This document shows, one piece after another, positions 1-10,203 of a stretch of DNA of 64,000 nucleotides. Below the pieces are notes generated by a model. That model did not search any database. It was not told where the DNA came from and worked only from the letters and a program-made list of their open reading frames with translations. This stretch comes from an uncultured Acidimicrobiales bacterium. Lineage in GTDB: Bacteria > Actinomycetota > Acidimicrobiia > Acidimicrobiales > CAWCAL01. A program made the translations under genes and the position numbers. The stretch spans positions 6,614 through 70,613 of the forward strand of contig CAWCAL010000013.1 in the NCBI GenBank assembly GCA_963793475.1, given 5' to 3'. The stretch's first letter is position 1. The number at the start of each line of letters is the position of its first letter.

Positions 1-712
1 CGCCCAGACGGACCAGCAACGGCCCGACCACGGCCAGCACGAAGGCGACATTCTGTCCGGAGACCGCGAGGAGATGGGTGAGGCCGCTGGCCCGGAACGC
101 GTCGGTGAGTCCGGCCGGTTGCTCGCGGTCGTCGCCGACCGTGAGCCCCATCATGAGCGAGCCGTCGCGACGACCCAGTCCGGTCTCGGCCCCCCTCGCG
201 AGGCGGCTGCGATAGGCGTTGGCGGCGCGGGCCACCGGAGCACCGGGCGACCACTCCCCCACCCGCTGCAGGCTGAGTCGGCCCGCGACATGCCGGTGCC
301 GGAGCCACGCCGAGGATCGACCGAGCGGTTCGATCCGTCCCTCCACCGCCAGCCGCTGGCCCGACAGGCGTTGGCCCAGGGCGCCCGCCGACGAACCGCG
401 GGCGACCAACTCGACGTGGTGGTCGCCCGCCCGGGCCACGGCTCGAGTGGCGCCGTAGCCGTCGACCTCCGGATCCTCCAGAAGCGTCACCGTGCCCGCC
501 CATGGCCCGTCGTCGACCCCGTCCAGTCCGTCGAGCGCCGAATCGGCCAGCCCGCCGGCCAGCAGCGCCAGCGCCGGCATCAGCAGCAAGGGTCGGCGGC
601 TCAGGAGCGCGAGCGCGACCAACGCACAGGCGACCGGCACGGGAACGGACCAGGCAATCCACGCTCCGGCCACGACGGCCAGGGCCAGTAGCTGCACCCG
701 ACGATCGGTCAC
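1..712 (-). CDS. comEC: ComEC/Rec2 family competence protein, N-terminal part (gene runs off the left edge)
   Basis: Absent from the ORF track because it has no stop inside the window. Manual minus-strand translation from GTG 712-710 gives VTDRRVQLLALAVVAGAWIAW...FRASGLTHLLAVSGQNVAFVLAVVGPLL. This has a hydrophobic N-terminus and a G-L-T-H-L-L-A-V-S-G type ComEC motif. It lies directly downstream of comEA. Confidence 0.75.
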   Translation of the reverse strand, partial: MTDRRVQLLALAVVAGAWIAWSVPVPVACALVALALLSRRPLLLMPALALLAGGLADSALDGLDGVDDGPWAGTVTLLEDPEVDGYGATRAVARAGDHHVELVARGSSAGALGQRLSGQRLAVEGRIEPLGRSSAWLRHRHVAGRLSLQRVGEWSPGAPVARAANAYRSRLARGAETGLGRRDGSLMMGLTVGDDREQPAGLTDAFRASGLTHLLAVSGQNVAFVLAVVGPLLVRLG

Positions 713-725
713 CGCCGGTCGCCCT

Positions 726-1442
726 TCACACCACGACCAGCGGCCGGATCGCCTCGAGCTTGGCGGGACCGATCCCCCGCACCTCGATCAGGTCGTCGAC
801 CGAGACGAACGGGCCCTGCTCGTCACGATGGGCCAGGATTGCGCCCGCCGTGGCCGGTCCCACGCCCGGGAGGCGCTCCAGGTCGGCGGCGGTGGCGGCG
901 TTGAGATCGACCGGTGCGGTCGGATCGTCGCCGGTTGGTCCCCCAGGATCGCCGGCGCTGGATGGACCGGTGGGGCCCACCACCGACGGCGGGTCCTCGT
1001 CCGCACCGGGAACCCAGACCTGCATCCCGTCGGCCAGCGGAGCCGCCAGGTTCAGGCGCTCGAGATCGGCCGTCGGCGAGGGCCCGCCGGCCGCCGCCAG
1101 CGCGTCCTGCACCAGTGCCCCCGGTCCCAGCCGGTAGACGCCGGGGACGGTGACCTCCCCGGTGACGTGCACCGCCAGGTCGGGGGCCGACGTGGACGGC
1201 GCCACGGTGGCCGTGGTTGCGGGCCGGGCCAGGGGAAGCGACAGCTCAGGGGGCGGAGGTCCGGGCCGAAGGAGCCACCACGCGACCAGACCGGCCACCA
1301 CCAGGACGACGGCACCTCCGACGACCTGACGTAGCTGGATCCGGCTCCGCAGGTCATCGACGAGATCGGTGAGGCTCGGCGGCGGCTCGGGCCGCAGGCC
1401 GTCGGGGTCGTCGTCCACCGGCAACGGCGGAACACGGGACAT
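726..1442 (-). CDS. comEA: ComEA-like helix-hairpin-helix DNA-binding protein
   Basis: ORF 726..1454. It has a TM segment (VVLVVAGLVAWWLL) and a C-terminal HhH pair (DLNAATAADLERLPGVGPATAGAILAHR...IEVRGIGPAKLEAI). ATG at 1442 is preceded by GGAG; GTG at 1454 is an alternative start. Confidence 0.85.
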   Translation of the reverse strand: MSRVPPLPVDDDPDGLRPEPPPSLTDLVDDLRSRIQLRQVVGGAVVLVVAGLVAWWLLRPGPPPPELSLPLARPATTATVAPSTSAPDLAVHVTGEVTVPGVYRLGPGALVQDALAAAGGPSPTADLERLNLAAPLADGMQVWVPGADEDPPSVVGPTGPSSAGDPGGPTGDDPTAPVDLNAATAADLERLPGVGPATAGAILAHRDEQGPFVSVDDLIEVRGIGPAKLEAIRPLVVV

Positions 1443-1523
1443 GGGACACTCCACGGGCGACGGGCGCAGGGGCAGCCCGGTGCGGCGTGCCGAGGAGGGC
1501 GCGTCCCGAACGGGACGGCCGAG

Positions 1524-2225
1524 TCAGAACAGCTGAGAGGTGAGCCTCTTGCGGTAGTCGGCGGTGCGGGGGTCGTCGGGACCCATCACCTCGAGGAGAT
1601 CGAGGAACTGGGAGCGGGCGTCCTCATCTTCCTTGACCATGGGAAGCAGGGCTTCGAGCTGGGCCGGGATGTCGGCCGGTTGTCCGCCGGTACGGGCCAG
1701 GGCCGCCACATGACGGGTCTCGGCCGTCTCGGGGATGCGAGCCAGGATCTGCAGCGCCTCGTCGGCCCTGTCGTCCTGTATCAGGAGGGTGGCGAGCGCC
1801 ACGATGGCGTCGGCGTGATCGGCCTGGAGCTCGAGGACAGAGCGCAGCGAAGCCTCGTCACCGGCAGCGATCAGTTGGGCGATCTGGTTGTCGGTCTCAC
1901 TGGGCACCAGCCGCTCGATGAACTCACGCACACCCCGCTCGTCGCGAGCGCCGACGAAGCCGTCCACGCTCTTGCCGTCGCGGAATCCGTACACGGCGGG
2001 GATGCCCTGGACCCGAAACTGCTGCGAGGCCTGCGGGTTCTCGTCGACGTTGATCTTGGCCAGGACCACCTTGCCGTCGTACTCGTCGACGACCTTCTCC
2101 AAAAGGGGACCCAGGGTCTGACACGGACCGCACCACGGCGCCCAGAGATCGACCACGACGGGAACGGTCTCGGAGCGCTGGATGACTTCGGCCACGAGGG
2201 TTGCGTCGGTCACGTCAATGCTCAC
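1524..2225 (-). CDS. Thioredoxin-domain protein with TPR-like C-terminal half (YbbN/CnoX-type co-chaperone)
   Basis: ORF 1524..2225. It has a WCGPC active site (DLWAPWCGPCQTLGP) followed by a helical repeat region. The start is GTG. Confidence 0.85.
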   Translation of the reverse strand: MSIDVTDATLVAEVIQRSETVPVVVDLWAPWCGPCQTLGPLLEKVVDEYDGKVVLAKINVDENPQASQQFRVQGIPAVYGFRDGKSVDGFVGARDERGVREFIERLVPSETDNQIAQLIAAGDEASLRSVLELQADHADAIVALATLLIQDDRADEALQILARIPETAETRHVAALARTGGQPADIPAQLEALLPMVKEDEDARSQFLDLLEVMGPDDPRTADYRKRLTSQLF

Positions 2226-2338
2226 GCTCTCAATCTATCGCCACGTGCCCACCGCCCGACACGCCGCGAGGCGCGGGCGTCCGCCGGGCTCCGGTACCGT
2301 GACCGGGCAGTCGGCAGTGAACTCCGAGGGGAGCACGG

Positions 2339-3379
2339 ATGGGCGAGGACGTCGAAGGGATCCGGCGAGAGCCGGTCACGGCGTGGTTCGCCGACCACAT
2401 CGCCGACCTGGCGCCGCCACTGGACTTCACACTGATCGCCGGAGGCCATTCCAACCTGACCTTCGATGTCACCGACCAGGCCGGCGGCCACTGGGTCCTG
2501 CGCCGCCCCCCGCTGCACCAGGTGCTGGCCACGGCCCATGACATGGCCCGTGAGCACCGCATCATCTCGGCCCTCGCGCCCACCGACGTACCGGTCCCCT
2601 CCACCGTCGGGCTCTGCCCCGACGAGCTGGTCAACGACGCCCCGTTCTACGTGATGGATCACGTCGACGGTCTGGTGGTGCGCAACGCCACGATCGCCGA
2701 GCCGCTCCCCCACGACGTTCGCCGCCGCGCCGGCGAATCGGTGGTCGACGTGCTGGCCCGGATCCATGCGGTCGACGTCGACGCAGTGGGCTTGGGCGAC
2801 CTCGGTCGGAAGGACGCCTACATCGAGCGGCAGCTCAAGCGTTGGAACGCACAGTTCGAGAACTCGAAGACCCGCGAGGTGCCGGTGCTGGAGCAGGCGT
2901 TCGCCCAGCTGTCGGCCCGCATCCCCCCGCAGGGACCCGCTGCGATCGTCCACGGCGACTACCGCCTGGACAACTGCATGATCGACCCCGCCACCGGCCA
3001 GGTCGTCGCGGTGCTCGACTGGGAGATCTGCACCCTGGGCGATCCGCTGGCCGACGCCGGACTGCTCCACGTCTACTGGGGCGACCCAAACGACGAGAAC
3101 GCGCTGTCGCGTGACTTCCCCACCGTGCTCGACGGATTCCCCACCAGGGACGAGGCCCTCGAACGCTACGCCCAGGCATCGGGGCGTGACCTGTCCGGCA
3201 TCGACTACTACGTCGCGTTCGGGCACTGGAAGCTGGCGTGCATCATCGAAGGCGTGTACTCCCGCTACGTGGCGGGCGCGATGGGCGGCGACGGCGACGC
3301 CGAGGCGTACGAGCCCTTCGCCCGTCAGGTCGAGTACCTGGCCGGCCTGGCTCTGGAATCGGTGGGAAGGTTGTCCTGA
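2339..3379 (+). CDS. Phosphotransferase family protein (APH/choline-kinase fold)
   Basis: ORF 2339..3379. It has the catalytic HGDYRLDNCM motif and DWE, and the layout typical of actinobacterial APH-like kinases. Confidence 0.8.
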   Translation: MGEDVEGIRREPVTAWFADHIADLAPPLDFTLIAGGHSNLTFDVTDQAGGHWVLRRPPLHQVLATAHDMAREHRIISALAPTDVPVPSTVGLCPDELVNDAPFYVMDHVDGLVVRNATIAEPLPHDVRRRAGESVVDVLARIHAVDVDAVGLGDLGRKDAYIERQLKRWNAQFENSKTREVPVLEQAFAQLSARIPPQGPAAIVHGDYRLDNCMIDPATGQVVAVLDWEICTLGDPLADAGLLHVYWGDPNDENALSRDFPTVLDGFPTRDEALERYAQASGRDLSGIDYYVAFGHWKLACIIEGVYSRYVAGAMGGDGDAEAYEPFARQVEYLAGLALESVGRLS

Positions 3380-4251
3380 TGCTCCACGAGCGCATGTCCG
3401 AGCCGACCCTGGCCGACCCGATCCTGATCGTCGCCCTGGAGGGGTGGATCGACGCCGGATTCGGTGCCGCGGGAGCGGCCGAGGTGCTCCGCGACCAGCT
3501 GATCACCGAGCCGGTCGCCCGCTTCGATACCGATGCCCTCCTGGACCAGCGGGCCCGGCGACCGGTGATGCATCTGATCAACGGCGTCAACACCGGGCTG
3601 ACATGGCCGTCGATCGAACTGCTCTCGGCCACCGACCGCGACGGGCGCGACGTCCTGCTGCTGATGGGGTCCGAACCCGACCACAAGTGGCAGGCGTTCT
3701 GCGACGACGTCGTCACGCTGTCCACCGATCTCGGCGTCAGCCGCGTCCTCGGCCTGGGCGCCTACCCGGCCGGTACGCCCCACACCCGACCGGTACGCAT
3801 GAGCATCACCGCCAACACCGAGCGGCTGGCCACGCGCCTGCCGCAGTACGCACGCGGCTCCCTCGACGTGCCGGCGGGCGTCGAGGCTGCACTCGAGGAA
3901 CGCTTCCGCGACGCTGACATCGACGCGGTCGGGCTGTGGGCGCAGGTGCCGCACTACGCATCGGGCATGCCCTACCCGGCCGCCAGCGCCGCGCTCATCG
4001 ATGCCGCCGGCGACGTGGGCAACCGCCGCTTCAAGGTCGAGTCGCTGCACGACGACGCCTCCGCCACCCGGGTCAAACTCGACCAGTTGGTCAGCCAATC
4101 CGCCGAGCACAGCGCCCTACTGGCACAGCTCGAAGAGGCGTACGACCAGGAGACCGAGAACGACGTCGGCTTCGACGTCGAAGAGCCCATCCCCACCGGA
4201 GACGAACTGGCCGCCCAGGTCGAGGAATTTCTGCGAGACCAGGACGAGTAG
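3379..4251 (+). CDS. PAC2 family protein (proteasome-assembly-chaperone-like)
   Basis: In the frame of ORF 3238..4251. ATG at 3379 overlaps the upstream TGA (TGATG). The sequence MLHERMSEPTLADPILIVALEGWIDAGFGAA... resembles actinobacterial PAC2 proteins, and the tail is acidic. Confidence 0.7.
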   Translation: MLHERMSEPTLADPILIVALEGWIDAGFGAAGAAEVLRDQLITEPVARFDTDALLDQRARRPVMHLINGVNTGLTWPSIELLSATDRDGRDVLLLMGSEPDHKWQAFCDDVVTLSTDLGVSRVLGLGAYPAGTPHTRPVRMSITANTERLATRLPQYARGSLDVPAGVEAALEERFRDADIDAVGLWAQVPHYASGMPYPAASAALIDAAGDVGNRRFKVESLHDDASATRVKLDQLVSQSAEHSALLAQLEEAYDQETENDVGFDVEEPIPTGDELAAQVEEFLRDQDE

Positions 4252-4332
4252 AGCTGCGGGGAAGCCTTCCGACCCGAGCGGGGCGCGCTGGCCTCCGAAC
4301 GCAGCGTCCCGGCCCAACCGTCCATCGACCAT

Positions 4333-4596
4333 ATGGACTACCATATGGGCATGACTCGACGCGAAGTCCTCGTGCAGCTCGACGACGACCTCGTCGAACG
4401 ACTCGACTCCCTGGCCGCCGACCTCGGCACCAGCCGATCCGAACTCGTGCGGCGAGGCGCCCAGGCCATCCTCGAGGCCGAAGATCTGGCACGCAAGGAC
4501 CGCCAGCTCCGGATCGGCTACCGGCGCCAGCCGGCCGATCCCGCCGTCGTCGAGTCGGCTCGCCGCCTTGCGGCCCAAACCGCTCCAACGTGGTAG
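4333..4596 (+). CDS. Ribbon-helix-helix antitoxin (MazE/CopG-like)
   Basis: ORF 4333..4596. REVLVQLDDDLVERLDSLAADLGTSRSELVRRGAQAIL is an RHH signature. Its stop overlaps the toxin start. The true start may be one of the internal Met codons at 4345 or 4351. Confidence 0.75.
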   Translation: MDYHMGMTRREVLVQLDDDLVERLDSLAADLGTSRSELVRRGAQAILEAEDLARKDRQLRIGYRRQPADPAVVESARRLAAQTAPTW

Positions 4597-4913
4597 CCAG
4601 AAACGACATCTACTGGGTCGACCTCGGACCACCCGCCAGCCGTCGGCCCGTCTGCGTGCTCACCCGCGACGCTGCGATCGACGTGCTGACGACGGTGACG
4701 TGCGCGCCGATCACACGGACGATTCGTGGGATCCCGTCGGAGGTCGAACTGGGACCCGATCACGGCCTGCCCGAGGCATGTGTGATCACCTGCGACAACG
4801 TCGTCACGATCCCGCAACAGGACTTGGACGACGAGCCTGTCGGTCACCTCGACGAGATCACCCGTTCCCGCCTCGACGCGGCGTTGCGCTACTCGCTCGA
4901 CATCACCTACTGA
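4590..4913 (+). CDS. mazF: Type II toxin, MazF/PemK family endoribonuclease
   Basis: GTG at 4590, in the frame of ORF 3936..4913, overlaps the antitoxin stop. VVARNDIYWVDLGPPASRRPVCVLTRD...APITRTIRGIPSEVEL is a typical PemK/MazF sequence; 107 aa. Confidence 0.85.
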   Translation: MVARNDIYWVDLGPPASRRPVCVLTRDAAIDVLTTVTCAPITRTIRGIPSEVELGPDHGLPEACVITCDNVVTIPQQDLDDEPVGHLDEITRSRLDAALRYSLDITY

Positions 4914-4920
4914 CCCAGGA

Positions 4921-5184
4921 CGCCGCTCGCTGCGCCATCCGGCCATCAACCCCGCCGCTGCTCCGCCTGGCGGCTCCGCAACCTCACGAACGGTCTTCCT
5001 TGGCGCAGCGATAATCCGCTGCGCCGGCTTCGCCATCCGGCCCTCAACCCCGCCGCTGCTCCGCCTGGCGGCTCCGCAACCTCACGAACGGTCTTCCTTG
5101 GCGCAGCGATAATCCGCTGCGCCGGCTCCGCCATCCGGCTCTCAACCCCGCCGCTGCTCCGCCTGGCGGCTCCGCAACCTCACG
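4921..5184. repeat. 98-bp tandem repeat, about 2.5-2.7 copies, each full unit carrying a 9-bp-stem hairpin
   Basis: Units start at 4935, 5033 and 5131 (ccatccggcc[a/c]tcaaccccgccgctgctccgcctggcggctccgcaacctcacgaacgg...). Copies 1 and 2 differ at 2 of 98 positions. The hairpin ggcgcagcg-ataatc-cgctgcgcc lies at 5002..5025 and 5100..5123. The third, partial copy contains the stop codon of the binding-protein gene. Confidence 0.9.
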
Positions 5185-7034
5185 CGTTCGCGGGCCCGCC
5201 GGGTTGGTGGCAGGTGGCTTCTTCGCCGGGGGGCGGGGTGTCATAGATGGCGACCGCACCGTCGGGGTCGAAGACCTTGGGTTCGGTGTCGGGCCACTCG
5301 TCCGGCAGGTACCGCTCGCCGCCGTCGACGTACTGGTACATCCCGGTAGCCTCCTGGGCCAGCTCGTCGGGGCCGACCAGTTCGGCATCCCACCAGATCT
5401 CGGTTGCATCGTCGAACGCCGCCATGTCGAACGAGTCGAAGATGCCCTGCTCGCCGAACGAGATCTGGTAGGTCGTGATGTAGTCGGCGTTCAGCGGCGG
5501 CACGTCGCTGAGCACCTCGATCATGGCCTCACGGGTCAGGTTCGGCCCCACCTGCTGCAGGAGCGGGAACACCACCGCCGGCGCCGCGATGAGCACCCCG
5601 GCGGTCTGGTCGGCCGCCGCGGGTTCACCGGTGAAGCACTCGTGGACGAAGTAGGCCCCGGCGTTCTCGTTGGGCTGGCGGGCGACCAGGTTGCTGACCC
5701 CGAACGCGTGCGCCCACTGCTCCTGGTCGTAGGTGCGGGCGAAGACCGTCGTGTCCACCAGCGCCGATCCGGTGAGGATCCACTCGGGGAAGTACCCCTG
5801 CTTGGTCGCCTCCACGGTCAGGATCTGCGGAGCCAACGGGTCGCCGGCGTAGATCACGCTGGTGACCCCGGCCTCCTTCATCTTGGCGATGATGGTCGGG
5901 GCTTTCGTCGCCAGGTCGATCACGGGGTCGGCGAAGGTCTGGTCCTCGGCCAGGGTCACGTCGTAGGCGGCCAGGCGGGCGATGAACTGATCGTGCGTGT
6001 ACTGCGACTCGGGCCCGGTGAGCACCCGGATGGTGCCGAAGCACGCGCTCGGTGTCCTGCAACGCCTCGTCGCCGGCGTGGGCGGCGACCCGTCCGGCCA
6101 GGCGGGTCCCCACGTAGGCGGCCGTGTGCTGCTGGCTCTGCTCGCTGACCTTGGCGATGTCCCAGATGTAGGGGAAGTTCTCGTCGTAGAACCGGTCCGA
6201 CTGCGGAGGGGTGCACGCGAAACACGGCACCTCCCGGGTGGCGAGCTCCTCGGCGAACGCCGGGGTCAGGACGGGACCACCGAAGACCATGAACGGTTCG
6301 ATGTCCTCGGCGATCGCCGCGGCGTCGGCCCGCGCCGCCGTCGCGTCGACGGCGCTGCCGGTGCCCACGTACGGGATCAGCTCGATCGACCGGCCGTAGG
6401 TCTCCATGTACGCCTGGTAGTAGTCGACGAACGCCTGCACCGTCTCGGCGCTCTGGGCGTTGGTGTCGTCGTTGCCGATCTGGTCGTAGATCGAGCGGAG
6501 GATGACGTCGTCCTCCGGCCCCTGGTAGAGGACGATGCGCACGGCATCACCGGTGACACCGACATCGACCGCGCCGCCGTTGTCCCCGTCGAACACGGCG
6601 AAGCACTCCGACGGGGCGACGCCCGCCATCAGGAGCGTCCCGGTCTCGGTGTCGCACCGATCGCCCCACTCGTACCGGTCGGTCACTCCCTCGGCGGCCG
6701 CCAGCCGCCACGGCACCACACCTTCCGGCAGGTCGGCCAGGGTCGTGTCACCCCACGACCCGGTGTCGACGTCGGGGTCAGCAGTGCCACCGGTCTCGCC
6801 GGTGTCGACGGCCTCACCCTCCCCCTCCGTGTCGCCCGTCTCCGAAGCTCCGGTCCCCCCGTCCGTCGCAGGGGTCGCAGGGGGGTCGTCGGCGGCCTCG
6901 TCGTCGTCACCGCCGCTGACCACGAGCACCACGCCGATGATGGCGACGACCGCCAGGATCGCGGCCAACGGTCCGTACCGACGCATCATCGACCCTCGGT
7001 CGGGTCCACCACCGGCTTCCTCGGTCTCAGCCAC
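5180..7034 (-). CDS. ABC transporter substrate-binding protein (LIV/type-I PBP-like); reading frame broken once as assembled
   Basis: ORFs 5625..7034 and 5180..6025 join into one protein. It has an N-terminal TM anchor (LAAILAVVAIIGVVLVV), an acidic D/E/T/G linker, then a binding-protein fold. The frame changes near 6035-6045 (...ALQDTERV / FGTIRVLTGPESQY...). It is last in the operon with the liv-type genes. Confidence 0.75.
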
Positions 7035-7072
7035 GCAGATCCCCCCGGAGACGTGTGGCGGCGACGTTAGTG

Positions 7073-7181
7073 CGAACTCGCGGCCACCGACCCCACTTCC
7101 GGGCCGTGCGGCCGCGAGTTGCCTGGCGCTCGCCCGAACTCGCGGCCACCAGGCCCACTTCCGGGCCCTGTGGCCGCGAGA
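7073..7181. repeat. Tandem pair of 62-bp-spaced hairpin elements (REP-like)
   Basis: cgaactcgcggccaccgaccccacttccgggccgtgcggccgcgagtt lies at 7073..7120 and cgaactcgcggccaccaggcccacttccgggccctgtggccgcgagat at 7135..7181. The first contains the inverted repeat aactcgcggcc/ggccgcgagtt; the second a one-base-shorter version, actcgcggcc/ggccgcgagat. They sit between the ATPase stop and the binding-protein start. Confidence 0.85.
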
Positions 7182-7184
7182 TGC

Positions 7185-10100
7185 TCATCGCTCCCCCGAG
7201 CGACCGATCACCGCGGCGTCGGTGCCGAGATACGACGCGACCACGGCCGGATCCGACAGCACGGTGGACGGGTCGCCGGTGGCCACGACCTGGCCCGCGT
7301 CCATGGCGATCAGTCGGTCCGCGATGGCGGTCAGGAGCGCCATGTCGTGCTCGATCACCAGTAACGAGGCCCCGAGGTCGCCGCGCACGCGCCGCAGCAG
7401 GTCGGCCAGCGCCTCGGCCTCGCGCTGGGCGATACCGGTCGAGGGTTCGTCCAGCATCACCACCTTGGGCCGATGGGCAACCACGCAGGCCAGGTCGACC
7501 ACCCGTCGCGACCCGGTCGACAACTCGCCGGTGAACTTGTCGGCGAACCTTCCCAGGTTGAACAGCTCGATCAGCTCGTCGACCCGCGACCGGGCCCGGC
7601 GTTCGGAGTCGTATGCGGCCGGCATCCGGAGCGCCGCCAGCAACGGGTCCCGCACCTCGAGCGACCCGTCGAGCGCCACCGCCAGGGTCTCGGTCACGGT
7701 CAGGGCCGGCCACAGCCGACCGTCCTGGAACGAGCGTCCCAGGCCCGAGCCGGCCCGCTCGTTGGGACTTCGGCCGGTCAGCTCGGTGCCGTCCAGCACG
7801 ATCCGACCGGCGTCACACGGCGTGAATCCCGAGATGGCATCCATCAGGGTGGTCTTGCCCGCACCGTTCGGGCCGATGAGTCCGACGATCTCGCCCTCGG
7901 CCACCGCACCGTCGACCCCGTCGACGGCGCGGACGCCACCGAAGCTGCAGGTGATCCCCGTGACCTCCAGCAGCGGGGCCGGCTCGAGACCTTCCTGCGA
8001 CACTCCGGCGTCCTCGGACGGGGCGGCGGTACGAACCGGCGCCAGACCCGGTGTTCCGTCACCGCCGACCGGACCGGCCCCCTCGAGGAAGACCGACCGG
8101 AGCAGGTCGGGCCGCTCGAGCAGCTCGGCGGTGGGGCCGTGGAAGCGGATCTGCCCCTTCTCCATGAAGTAGGCGGTCTCCGCCACCGTCAGGGCAACGT
8201 TGACCGACTGCTCGACCAGGATGATCGTCACCCCCTGCGCGGCCATCTCCCGGAGGATCGGGAGCAGCTGCTCCACCACCACGGGCGCCAATCCCAGCGA
8301 GAGCTCGTCGATCATCAAGAGCCGGGGCCGGCAGAGGAACGACATGGCCAGCGCCAGCATCTGCTGCTGCCCGCCGGAGAGGTCCGCCGCAGGCGTGTCG
8401 AGCCGCTTCGAGAGCACCGGGAACAACTCGTGCACCCGCCGCAGGGACGCTTCGACCTCGGCCGCCGAGTTGCGCTGGGTCCATGCGCCGGCCCGCAGGT
8501 TCTCCTCGACGGTGAGCGAACCGAACACGCCGGCTCCGCCCGGCATCTGGATGACCCCCCGGCGGGCGATCTCCGATGGCGGGGCGTGGGTCACGTCGCG
8601 ACCGTCGAAGACGACCGCACCGCGATCGGCCTCGGCCAGGCCGCTGATGGCCTTCAGGAGCGTCGACTTGCCCGCGCCGTTCGTGCCCAGGAGCGCGACG
8701 ATCTCACCCTCGTCGATCTCCAGATTCACCCCGAACAACACCTGCAGGTGGCCGTAGTAGACCTCGAGATCGCGGACCAGGAGGAGCTTGGCCCGCCCCT
8801 GACGCCGCTCGTAGAGCACCTCGGATCGCGCCGCCATCGACGTCCACGAGTCCTTGATGTCGCGACCGATGCACGACTGCGCCGACGAGATGATCAGGCC
8901 GCCCACCACGAAGATCGGCACCATCATCACCATCCCGGCCCGAATCCCGACGTTGTCGGCGATCCACCCGATCAGCGGGAGCATCAGCAGGCCGGGGATC
9001 ACCCAGATCGACGCCATCGAGAACCCGACCGAGCGGGCCCGGGCCGGGATGGCCAGGGACAGCACGGCGAGAATGCCGGGCCCGACGATGGCCAGCGAGA
9101 TGCTGATGCCGGCGTTGGCCACGATGGCCAGTCCCACGTTGGGGGCGAGCGCGAACCCGGCCGCGAACGCCGACGCCACGATCGAGGCGAGGGCGAGGAA
9201 CCGCATGACCAGCGCCGGGTCGCGGGCGATGAGCCGAGTGCCGATCCGGGCGCCGATCGTCAGTCCCACCAACTGGATCGGTTCGACACAGGCCGCCACC
9301 ACCCCCCGCTGGTAGGCCTCGAGGCCGAACGCCTCCTCGTAGAGCAGGCCGGCCAGCGAGGCGAAGCCGATCAACGACGCAGCGAGGAACGGCATGGCGA
9401 GTGAAGATGCGGCGCAACGTCTCGGTCTTCCAGGTCATGCGCCACGCCTCGCCGAAGGACGGGGGCTCCTCCTCGGTGGCGATCGCCTCGTCCGAGGCTC
9501 CCATGGCGCGACGTTCCTGGGCGCCACGGAGCGGCTCGATCAGTCGCAGCGCGAGGAAGAACATGAGCACGCTGGGGACCGCGAAGATCAGGAACGGCAA
9601 CTGCCACCCCACCCACGACGCCAAGACTCCGGCGACCAGCGGACCGACGAACTGGCCCACCGCGTTGGCGGCTCGGTGGAACGAGTAGACCGTGCGGCCG
9701 GACCTCGACCGGGTAGTAGTCGGCCAGCAACGAATTGTGGGTCGGGTCGACGACGGCCCGTCCGATCCCCGAACCCACGCGCACGATGATCAGGAGCCAC
9801 CAGATCGGCGCCAGGCCGGTCAGGAACGAGAAGATCGCCAGCATCGCCGCCCCACCGGCGGCCATCCGAACGCGGGAGAAACGATCGGCGGCGTACGCGA
9901 TCGGCACCTGCAGCGACAGCGCCCCGAACGCGACCAGCGCGATCAGGGTCAGGATGCCGGTGTTGGAGAAGCCGTACGAGTCGCGGATCTCGGGCACGAG
10001 GATGGCGAAGGCCGTCCGATCCAACTCGTCCACCGCATTGAGTCCGAACAGCACCAGCAGCGCATAGACCGGACCGTCACCCGAGAGGTCGGTGAGCCAT

Positions 10101-10203
10101 CGGTGAGGATGCCGGGCCGCGGCAGTGAACCTCGGCCACCAGGCCCGGAGTTCGCCGGGGCGCGGCGGACGCGTGCGACGACCCGTTCGGCCGCGCCGGT
10201 CAC
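7185..10203 (-). CDS. Fusion protein: MFS transporter domain + LivF-like ATPase + LivG-like ATPase; 2-3 frame breaks as assembled
   Basis: The uninterrupted ORF 7185..9395 contains the C-terminal MFS TM helices. These are followed by ABC ATPase 1 (LLGTNGAGKSTLL...LSGGQQQML), a P/G/A linker and ABC ATPase 2 (LIGPNGAGKTTLM...LSTGSRRVV). ORFs 8704..9660 and 9371..10339 supply the N-terminal MFS helices. Frame changes lie near 9400 and 9690, and possibly at the G-run 10157-10160. A candidate GTG start at 10203 overlaps the upstream stop (GTGA). Confidence 0.7.

Noticed and set aside
4921-5184. The 98-bp repeat array as a CRISPR array, or as a repeat-containing protein (minus-strand ORFs 4518..5036, 4946..5134 and 5044..5409 all contain AEPAQRIIAAPRKTVREVAEPPGGAAAG).
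   Set aside because: There are no unique spacers between repeats; the units are directly tandem. There are no cas genes. The 98-bp period is not a multiple of 3, so the repeated peptide appears in a different frame in each unit and cannot be one protein.
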